From an uncultured Clostridia bacterium (GTDB lineage: Bacteria > Bacillota > Clostridia > Christensenellales > Aristaeellaceae), in NCBI GenBank assembly GCA_937886445.1, contig CALGBY010000062.1, positions 24,326 to 56,325 of the forward strand: DNA of 32,000 nucleotides, in the 5' to 3' direction. Numbering within the stretch: the stretch's first letter is position 1; every line of letters begins with the position of its first letter. Both the position numbers and the translations under genes were made by a program. This document shows positions 24,061-31,111 of the stretch, in pieces. The notes beneath the pieces were generated by a model, which was not told where the DNA came from, did not search any database, and saw only the letters and a list, made by a program, of their open reading frames with translations.

Positions 24061-26031
24061 ATGCCGCAGAACAGTCAGAATATTTCCTTCAGCGAGCAGG
24101 AACAGATCCGCCGTGACAAGCTAGCAGCGCTTCAGGCAGGCGGAATGGATCCCTATGTGATCACCCGCTTTGATGTGACCGCCTCATCCGCCGATATCCT
24201 CGCTTCATTCGAATCCTTCGATCAGAAAACCGTTACGGTAGCCGGCAGAATGATGAGCCGCCGTGTAATGGGAAAGGCTGCCTTTGCCCACCTGCAGGAT
24301 CAGAACGGCGAGATCCAGTTTTATGTACGCCGCGACGATGTGGGAGACGATGCCTACAAGCTTTTCAAGGAATATGACATCGGAGATCTTTTGGGGATCA
24401 CCGGTTTTGTTTTCCGCACCCAAACTGGTGAAGTATCCATCCACGCACAGAAGATCACGCTGCTTTCAAAGTGTCTGAAGCCCCTGCCCGAAAAGTATCA
24501 CGGGCTTACCGATACCGATACCCGCTACCGTCAGCGCTATCTGGATATGATCGTGAACCCGGAGGTGAAAAAGACCTTCATTCTCCGCTCAAGGATCATT
24601 AAGGAGATCCGTTCCTTCCTGGACGGACGCGGCTTTATGGAGGTTGAAACTCCCACTCTGGTCAGCAATGCCGGCGGCGCGTCCGCAAGACCTTTCCAGA
24701 CCCACTACAACGCGCTGGACGAGGATGTGAAGCTCCGTATCTCTCTGGAGCTTTATCTCAAGCGTCTCATCGTGGGCGGCCTTGAAAAGGTATTCGAGAT
24801 CGGCCGTGTATACAGAAATGAAGGTACCGATACCCGCCACAATCCCGAGTTCACGCTGATGGAACTCTATCAGGCTTATACGGACTATCAGGGCATGATG
24901 GAACTGACTGAGAGCATGTTCCGTTATCTTGCCGAAACCGTCTGCGGCTCCTCCAAGATCACCTATAACGGTATCGAGATCGATTTCGGAAAGCCTTTTG
25001 AGCGTCTCACCATGAACGACGCCATCAAAAAGTATGCCGGTATCGATTTTGATCAGGTCAATACGGATGAAGAAGCCAAGGCGCTGGCAACGGAGCATCA
25101 TATCGAATTTGAAGCACGGCATACCAAGGGCGATATCGTAAACCTTTTCTTCGAGGAATACTGCGAAAAGAACCTTGTTCAGCCCACCTTCATCATGGAT
25201 CATCCCCTTGTGATCTCTCCCCTCACCAAGAAAAAGCCCACCGCTCCCGATAAGGTGGAACGCTTTGAGCTTTTTATCAACACCTGGGAAATGTGCAACG
25301 CGTACAGTGAGCTGAACGATCCGATCGATCAGCGTGAGCGCTTTGCCATGCAGGATGCCAACGCGGCTGCCGGGGATGAAGAAGCTCAGCATACGGATGA
25401 GGATTTCCTGAACGCGCTGGAGATCGGCATGCCCCCCACGGGCGGCATCGGATACGGGATCGACCGTCTTGTAATGCTGCTTACAGATTCCGCCTCCATC
25501 CGCGATGTACTGCTTTTCCCCACACTCAAATCCCAGGGCGCGGCGAAAAATGAAGCCAACAACGCGATCCAGGCCGAAAAGGCAGCCGCCGCTCAGTGCG
25601 ACAACACCGCCGCGGATGTGAAAGAGACCGCCTCCACGTCTGTCGCGGAAAAGATCGATTTTTCAAATGTTCAGATCGAACCGCTCTTTGCGGATTATGT
25701 TGATTTTGACACATTTGCAAAATGCGACTTCCGCGCAGTAAAGGTACTTGCCTGCGAAGCCGTCAAAAAGTCCAAGAAGCTTCTCAAATTCACACTTGAT
25801 GACGGAACCGGTACAGACCGTGTGATTCTTTCCGGTATTCACGCGTTCTACGAACCTGAAGAGCTTGTCGGCAAAACACTCATCGCCATCACAAACCTTC
25901 CCCCGAGACCGATGATGGGCATTGATTCCTGCGGCATGCTTATCTCAGCGCTTCATAAGGAAAACGATGAAGAGAAGCTGCACCTCCTGATGGTGGATCC
26001 GCATATCCCCGCCGGAGCAAAGCTCTATTGA
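24061..26031 (+). CDS. lysS: Lysine--tRNA ligase (class II) fused to a C-terminal Trbp111/MetRS-C-like tRNA-binding OB-fold domain
   Basis: The class II LysRS core runs over residues about 1-493 (YRNEGTDTRHNPEFTLMELYQAY; motif 3 GGIGYGIDRLVMLL). An Ala/Asn-rich linker follows. Residues about 547-656 (nt 25699-26028), FAKCDFRAVKVLACEAV..SKKLLKFTLDDGTG.DRVILSGI...YEPEELVGK..IAITNL.PR.MMGIDS.GMLISA, match the MetRS C-terminal/CsaA/Trbp111 pattern. Confidence 0.9.
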   Translation: MPQNSQNISFSEQEQIRRDKLAALQAGGMDPYVITRFDVTASSADILASFESFDQKTVTVAGRMMSRRVMGKAAFAHLQDQNGEIQFYVRRDDVGDDAYKLFKEYDIGDLLGITGFVFRTQTGEVSIHAQKITLLSKCLKPLPEKYHGLTDTDTRYRQRYLDMIVNPEVKKTFILRSRIIKEIRSFLDGRGFMEVETPTLVSNAGGASARPFQTHYNALDEDVKLRISLELYLKRLIVGGLEKVFEIGRVYRNEGTDTRHNPEFTLMELYQAYTDYQGMMELTESMFRYLAETVCGSSKITYNGIEIDFGKPFERLTMNDAIKKYAGIDFDQVNTDEEAKALATEHHIEFEARHTKGDIVNLFFEEYCEKNLVQPTFIMDHPLVISPLTKKKPTAPDKVERFELFINTWEMCNAYSELNDPIDQRERFAMQDANAAAGDEEAQHTDEDFLNALEIGMPPTGGIGYGIDRLVMLLTDSASIRDVLLFPTLKSQGAAKNEANNAIQAEKAAAAQCDNTAADVKETASTSVAEKIDFSNVQIEPLFADYVDFDTFAKCDFRAVKVLACEAVKKSKKLLKFTLDDGTGTDRVILSGIHAFYEPEELVGKTLIAITNLPPRPMMGIDSCGMLISALHKENDEEKLHLLMVDPHIPAGAKLY

Positions 26032-26098
26032 ACCGGAAATTCGCACAGGCAGAAGCAGCATCACTTCATCGGCACATCAGATATTTTTGTGAGGTATT

Positions 26099-26755
26099 AT
26101 GAAAACCGGCTTCCCCTTAAGCAAAAACAGCATCAAAACACATTTTCAGTACAGCTGGTGGAAATACCTGTTTGTCCTGATCTTGGCGATCGTCATTCCT
26201 ACATTCGTTTTCAGCGTCAGGAGATACGAATCCCCCGCTGATAAACGGCTGGATTTCTTTATGGTAGACGCGTCGCCGTCAGAAACATATTCCGAAGCCT
26301 TCTTCCGCAGTATCATTGACCGTACACCGGATGTTGAGCTTGAAACCGTGACCTGCGAATGCCAGACGACGGATGCGACCGGTCAGGTAGAGCAGGTGAT
26401 CGCGATCCGTCTTGCGTTCAGCAAGGAAGAAGATATCGTCATCATGCCGCGGACATTCTTCACCCAGTACGCACAGCAGGGCGTTTTCCTTCCGCTTGAT
26501 GAAACAGATGCGGAACTGGAAGCGATTACTACGGCAGAAGACAGAGCAAAAGGTACCTGTTCCTATGACGGGTCCGCTCATGTATACGGCATTCCACTTG
26601 ACCGGTATACCGGTATGTACGATGCTTCCGCTGTGATCGGTACGGATCTGTTCATCAGTGTGTTTTTCGACAGCGGAAATCAGGATAATGCCCTGAAGGT
26701 GTTCAACAGTATCCTTACGCTCAGCCTGCCGGAAGCGTCCGGAGCGGCTGAATGA
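26099..26755 (+). CDS. Hypothetical membrane-anchored protein
   Basis: 218 aa with a single N-terminal TM (WWKYLFVLILAIVIPTFVF) and a soluble acidic domain. GTGAGG SD lies 5 nt before the ATG. I recognise no family. Confidence 0.55.
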   Translation: MKTGFPLSKNSIKTHFQYSWWKYLFVLILAIVIPTFVFSVRRYESPADKRLDFFMVDASPSETYSEAFFRSIIDRTPDVELETVTCECQTTDATGQVEQVIAIRLAFSKEEDIVIMPRTFFTQYAQQGVFLPLDETDAELEAITTAEDRAKGTCSYDGSAHVYGIPLDRYTGMYDASAVIGTDLFISVFFDSGNQDNALKVFNSILTLSLPEASGAAE

Positions 26756-26786
26756 TCTTTATCCTTACTATTTTCGGAGGGGACTC

Positions 26787-28484
26787 ATGGAAAACGAAAA
26801 TACACGCAGCAATTTCATCTGGGACTTCATTGATGAAGACCTGAAAAACGGATGGTGCAAGGATATCCACACCCGTTTTCCGCCCGAACCGAACGGCTAC
26901 CTCCATATCGGCCACTGCAAAGCCCTGATCACGGATTTCGGAACGGCCGAAAAGTACGGCGGGCTCTGCAACCTTCGTTTTGACGACACGAACCCGTCCA
27001 AGGAAGATACAGAGTATGTTGACGGTATACAGGAGGATATTCGCTGGCTGGGCTTTGAATGGAAGGGCGGTCTTTATTACGCGAGCGAGTACTATGAAAA
27101 GATCTATGAGATCGCCGAGGACTTTATTCAGCGCGGTCTCGCTTATGTAGATGAGCTTTCTCAGGACGAGATGCGCGAATACCGCGGAACCCTTACCACA
27201 CCCGGCAAAAACTCCCCCTGGCGTGACCGTCCCATTGAAGAAAGCCTTGATCTGTTCCGCCGCATGCGCAAAGGTGAGTTTGCCGAGGGCAGAATGATCC
27301 TGCGCGCGAAGATCGATATGGCTTCCCCCAATATGAATATGCGCGATCCCGCCATGTACCGTATCCTTTACAAGAAGCATCACCGTACAGGCGATACCTG
27401 GTGCATCTATCCCATGTATGATTTCGCGCATCCCATTTCGGACGCCCTTGAGGGGATCACGCATTCCCTTTGCAGTCTTGAGTTTGAAGCGCATCGTCCG
27501 CTTTATGACTGGGTGGTTGAAAATGCCGGTTTCCGTAAGGGAGAAAACGGCTATCACGGCCCCAGACAGATCGAGTTTGCCCGTCTGAATATCACCCGCA
27601 CGATCATGAGCAAACGCTATCTTCGCCGTCTTGTGGAAGAAGGCTATGTAAGCGGATGGGATGATCCCCGCATGCCCACACTGTGCGCGATGCGCCGCAG
27701 GGGCTTTACGCCTGCTGCCATCCGCAGCTTCATTGAAGCCGTGGGGCTTTCCAAGGCAGATTCGACAGTAGATTATGCCATGCTTGAGCATTGCGTGCGT
27801 GAAGATCTCGGCAGCAAAGCCGTGCGCGCGATGGCTGTTCTTAATCCCCTGAAGGTGGTACTTACCAACTGGCCTGAAGATAAAACCGACGAGCTGGAAA
27901 TGGAAAATCATCCCGATGTACCGGAAATGGGGACCCGCAGGGTCACCTTTGGCCGTGAGCTCTGGATCGAACAGGAAGACTTTATGGAAGAACCTCCCAA
28001 AAAGTTCTTCCGCCTCAAGCCCGACGGAGAGGTGCGTCTGAAGGGCGCCTATATCATCAAATGTGATAAGGTCGTCAAAAACGAGGATGGCAGCATCGAT
28101 CATCTGGAATGCAGTGTTGACCTTGACAGCCGCAGCGGAACTCCGGGAGCCGACCGCAAGGTTAAGGGTACGCTCCATTGGGTAAACGCCGCTGACTGCA
28201 AACCCATCGAAGCCCGCCTTTATGAGCCGCTGCTCAACGATGAGATCGAAGCCGATGACGAAGGCGAAGAAACCGCGGATAAGAAGGATTTCATTGCCCG
28301 TCTGAATCCGGACAGCCTGCATATCGTTCGCGGCTATGCCGAAAAGGCCGTTGCCGATGCCGATATCGGTGCCACCTTCCAGTTCCTGCGCACCGGCTAC
28401 TTCTGCAAGGATAAAGATTCCACCGGCGAGATGAGCGTATATAACCGGGTGGTTTCTCTGAAAGACAGCTATAAACCCGTTTGA
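26787..28484 (+). CDS. glnS: Glutamine--tRNA ligase
   Basis: RFPPEPNGYLHIGH (HIGH motif), RFDDTNP, IMSKR (KMSKS motif). 565 aa with a GlnRS-type C-terminal anticodon-binding domain. GGAGGGG SD. Confidence 0.93.
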   Translation: MENENTRSNFIWDFIDEDLKNGWCKDIHTRFPPEPNGYLHIGHCKALITDFGTAEKYGGLCNLRFDDTNPSKEDTEYVDGIQEDIRWLGFEWKGGLYYASEYYEKIYEIAEDFIQRGLAYVDELSQDEMREYRGTLTTPGKNSPWRDRPIEESLDLFRRMRKGEFAEGRMILRAKIDMASPNMNMRDPAMYRILYKKHHRTGDTWCIYPMYDFAHPISDALEGITHSLCSLEFEAHRPLYDWVVENAGFRKGENGYHGPRQIEFARLNITRTIMSKRYLRRLVEEGYVSGWDDPRMPTLCAMRRRGFTPAAIRSFIEAVGLSKADSTVDYAMLEHCVREDLGSKAVRAMAVLNPLKVVLTNWPEDKTDELEMENHPDVPEMGTRRVTFGRELWIEQEDFMEEPPKKFFRLKPDGEVRLKGAYIIKCDKVVKNEDGSIDHLECSVDLDSRSGTPGADRKVKGTLHWVNAADCKPIEARLYEPLLNDEIEADDEGEETADKKDFIARLNPDSLHIVRGYAEKAVADADIGATFQFLRTGYFCKDKDSTGEMSVYNRVVSLKDSYKPV

Positions 28485-28516
28485 TCTGCTTAATAAAAAA
28501 TTCAAAGGAGACTAAA

Positions 28517-29962
28517 ATGGAAGTTCGTACCCGTTTTGCCCCCTCTCCTACCGGGTTCATGCATCTGGGTGGGCTGAGGACCGCGCTTTATAACTATCTG
28601 TTTACAAAAAAGATGGGCGGAAAATTCATTCTGCGTATCGAAGATACCGATCAGGAGCGTTTTGTGGAAGGCGCTATCGATGTGATCTATGATACCCTGA
28701 AGGGCTGCGGCATCAACTGGGACGAAGGTCCCGATGTCGGCGGTGATTACGGCCCTTATGTACAGAGCGAGCGCAAGAGCCTGTATCTGCCCTACGCGCA
28801 GAAGCTTGTCGAAATGGGAGCCGCCTACTACTGCTTCTGCACCAAGGAAGAGCTGGACGAGCGGCGTGCCGCCTGTGAAGCCAAAGGCGAGGTCTTCAAA
28901 TATGACAAGCATTGCCTGAAGCTTTCCAAGGAGGAAGTACAGCAGAAGCTGGACGCCGGTATTCCCTATGTGATCCGCATGAACTGCCCCACTGAAGGCG
29001 AATCGGCCTATGATGATCTGGTATTCGGACATATCGCTTTTCCCAATGATACGCTGGATGATATGATCCTTATCAAGGCGGACGGAATGCCCACTTATAA
29101 CTTTGCCAATGTGATCGACGACCATCTGATGGGCATCACTCATGTCATGCGCGGTATGGAGTACCTCTCCTCCACTCCCAAATACAATATTCTGTACAGG
29201 GCCTTCGGATGGGAGATCCCCCAGTATATCCACCTGACTACCGTTATGCGCGATTCGCAGCATAAGCTGAGCAAGCGCGACGGCGATGCCTATTACAGCG
29301 ACTTTATCCAGAAGGGTTATCTGAAAGAAGCACTGATCAACTATCTGGCTCTGGTGGGATGGAATCCCGGCACCGATCAGGAGTTTTTCTCCATGGACGA
29401 GCTGATCAACGCCTTTGATGTAAACCGTCTCAATAAATCACCCGGCATCTTCGATATGGAAAAGCTCACCTGGATGAACGCGAAATACATCAGTGAGCTG
29501 CCCTTCGACACCTACCTTGAGATGGCGACCCCTTGGTTTGATAAAGCGCTCGCCGGAAAAGGCATTGACTATAAGCGCCTGGCTGAGCTGATGCAGGGCC
29601 GTACCGAAGTGTTCAACCGTATCCCCGATATGGTTTCCTTCCTGGCTGAACTGCCCGATTACAGCATTGAGCTTCACACGCACAAGAAAATGAAGACCGA
29701 TCCCGCTGTTGCCAAGGAAAATCTTGAAATGGTCCTTCCCATTCTGAAGGGCATTGAGGATTGGAATGAGCAGAACATCCACGATATCGTGATGGCCGCT
29801 ATCGCCGAGAGCGGAAAAAAGAACGGTGCCGTTCTGTGGCCGCTGCGCATAGCTCTGTCCGGTATGGAATCCACTCCCGGCGGTGCATTTGAGATCGCTT
29901 ATCTGCTGGGCAAGGCTGAAAGCATCGCCCGCGTAGAAAAAGGACTGGAAAAGCTGGGCTGA
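28517..29962 (+). CDS. gltX: Glutamate--tRNA ligase
   Basis: MEVRTRFAPSPTGFMHLGGLRTALYNYLF, RIEDTD, a CFC...HC zinc-type cluster and KLSKR. I chose ATG 28517 after AAAGGAG rather than track start 28481. Confidence 0.93.
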   Translation: MEVRTRFAPSPTGFMHLGGLRTALYNYLFTKKMGGKFILRIEDTDQERFVEGAIDVIYDTLKGCGINWDEGPDVGGDYGPYVQSERKSLYLPYAQKLVEMGAAYYCFCTKEELDERRAACEAKGEVFKYDKHCLKLSKEEVQQKLDAGIPYVIRMNCPTEGESAYDDLVFGHIAFPNDTLDDMILIKADGMPTYNFANVIDDHLMGITHVMRGMEYLSSTPKYNILYRAFGWEIPQYIHLTTVMRDSQHKLSKRDGDAYYSDFIQKGYLKEALINYLALVGWNPGTDQEFFSMDELINAFDVNRLNKSPGIFDMEKLTWMNAKYISELPFDTYLEMATPWFDKALAGKGIDYKRLAELMQGRTEVFNRIPDMVSFLAELPDYSIELHTHKKMKTDPAVAKENLEMVLPILKGIEDWNEQNIHDIVMAAIAESGKKNGAVLWPLRIALSGMESTPGGAFEIAYLLGKAESIARVEKGLEKLG

Positions 29963-29967
29963 TGCCC

Positions 29968-29996
29968 TTGATTTTGCATTACATATTTTGTATAAT
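29968..29996 (+). promoter_or_regulatory. Near-consensus sigma-A promoter for the HPr-like gene
   Basis: TTGATT (29968-29973), an exact 17-nt spacer, then TATAAT (29991-29996), 35 nt before ATG 30031. Confidence 0.6.
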
Positions 29997-30030
29997 GTAA
30001 TTAACAAAAAAAGTTACGGAGGTATCGATT

Positions 30031-30264
30031 ATGCGTTCTATTCCCATCAAACTGAGCTTTGCCGAAGAAGTGAAGACTTTCGTAAATACCGTAAACCGCT
30101 ATCCCTATGAAATGGATCTGCGTGCCGGCCGCCATGTAGTGGATGCTAAGTCCATTCTGGGCATCTTCTCGCTGGATCTGAGCAAGCCCATCACGCTTGA
30201 TGTCTATAATGATGATTGTGATGATCTCGCCGGAGATATCAAGCAGTTTACCGTAGGTCTCTGA
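30031..30264 (+). CDS. HPr-like small protein lacking the His15 phosphorylation motif
   Basis: 77 aa. VVDAKSILGIFSLDLSKPITL aligns with the HPr Ser46 region (K-S-[IV]-[ML]-G..SL). There is no GxHARPA motif in the N-terminal third. GGAGG SD. Confidence 0.55.
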   Translation: MRSIPIKLSFAEEVKTFVNTVNRYPYEMDLRAGRHVVDAKSILGIFSLDLSKPITLDVYNDDCDDLAGDIKQFTVGL

Positions 30265-30288
30265 TTTGCATATCGAAAATGCTCTATG

Positions 30289-30318
30289 AAAAAGCGAAGC
30301 CGTTTGGCTTCGCTTTTT
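30289..30318. terminator. Bidirectional intrinsic terminator
   Basis: AAAAAGCGAAGCC (30289-30301), loop GTTT, then GGCTTCGCTTTTT (30306-30318). This is a perfect 13-bp stem counting the A/U tails. It lies between convergent genes. Confidence 0.85.
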
Positions 30319-30319
30319 G

Positions 30320-31111
30320 CTATTCAGTTCTGTTTCGCCTTATAACATCATACATCAGTATTGATGCCGCGACCCCCGCGTTCAGGCTTTCAGCCCTGCC
30401 CGGCATAGGGATACGCACACGCTTTGTGGCTTCTTCCGCCGCTTCAGCGGAGATACCGGAGCCTTCATTACCCACCAGGATACATACCTGTCCGGCGTTA
30501 TAATCAGCACTGAAAAGGTCTGATCCTCTCAGATCGCCGGCCAGTACATCCGCGCCGGTCTCCTTGAGTTCCCGTATCACCGGACAAACATGATCGCAGA
30601 TCATTACAGGAACACGGAAAACGGCTCCCATCGACGCGCGCAGCGCCTTCGGTGAAAACGGATTTGCCGTTTCTCTGTCACACACAAGCAGATCAAAGCC
30701 CGCGGCATCAGCCGTTCTCAATACCGTTCCGACATTTCCGGGATCCTGTACCCGTTCCAATATCATCGATTTTTTCGCCTCTCCGGGCTTCAGTACAGTC
30801 CGTATCTCGCATTCGGCGGAAATACCCTGCGGCGTCTTCGTATCGCAGAGATACGCGTATACCCTTTCGGAAACATGATATACAGTGATCCCGGCCAGAC
30901 GTGCCTTTTCGATCAGGTACGCGTATTTTTCACACGCATTCTCACTCACGATCAGGCACTGCGCTTTTCCGCACGCAAGAGCCTCCCCTGCCATATGCTC
31001 GCCTTCGGCCATCATCCTGCATATACCGTCTGTAAGTTCAGCCTTTGCAGATAGCTTTTTCCAGCGGGAGACCTTTTCACTGTGAATTCCCGGAGAAATG
31101 ATCTCACTCAT
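30320..31111 (-). CDS. TrmH/SpoU-family RNA 2'-O-methyltransferase
   Basis: SpoU motifs LERVQDPGNVGTVLRTADAAG, ILVGNEGSGIS and IPMPGRAESLNAGVAASILMY, with an N-terminal substrate-binding-like region. I did not assign the specific rRNA/tRNA target. Confidence 0.88.
   Translation of the reverse strand: MSEIISPGIHSEKVSRWKKLSAKAELTDGICRMMAEGEHMAGEALACGKAQCLIVSENACEKYAYLIEKARLAGITVYHVSERVYAYLCDTKTPQGISAECEIRTVLKPGEAKKSMILERVQDPGNVGTVLRTADAAGFDLLVCDRETANPFSPKALRASMGAVFRVPVMICDHVCPVIRELKETGADVLAGDLRGSDLFSADYNAGQVCILVGNEGSGISAEAAEEATKRVRIPMPGRAESLNAGVAASILMYDVIRRNRTE

Noticed and set aside
26721-28505. An uninterrupted 594-codon ORF antisense to the whole of glnS. It is tempting as a class I aaRS sense/antisense (Rodin-Ohno style) curiosity.
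   Set aside because: It lies in the exact codon-complement register of glnS: both codon sets start at coordinates divisible by 3. In that register its only possible stops are the complements of sense TTA, CTA and TCA codons, which this genome evidently avoids. It has no SD, and its translation is low-complexity (Ala/Gly/Arg/Ile-rich) with no motif. The glnS reading has full HIGH/KMSKS motifs.
1188-28516. Longer N-terminal extensions offered by the track for the GldG-like gene (1188), the radical SAM gene (5332), azlC (16511), the XRE regulator (18439) and gltX (28481).
   Set aside because: In each case an internal ATG is preceded by a clear SD at proper spacing. That ATG also gives the family-typical N-terminus, whereas the extensions lack an SD and overlap upstream genes or spacers.
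7952-30007. Other long shadow ORFs from the track: 7952-8731(-), 12409-13110(+), 13228-13965(+), 15405-16358(+), 24589-25392(-), 28502-29263(-) and 29438-30007(-). Shorter ones such as 129-578(-), 4442-4780(+), 6742-7173(+) and 20640-21113(-) belong to the same class.
   Set aside because: I checked each of these against the annotated gene opposite it. All sit in the same codon register, so they follow from avoidance of TTA/CTA/TCA codons rather than from coding. None has an SD or a recognisable motif.
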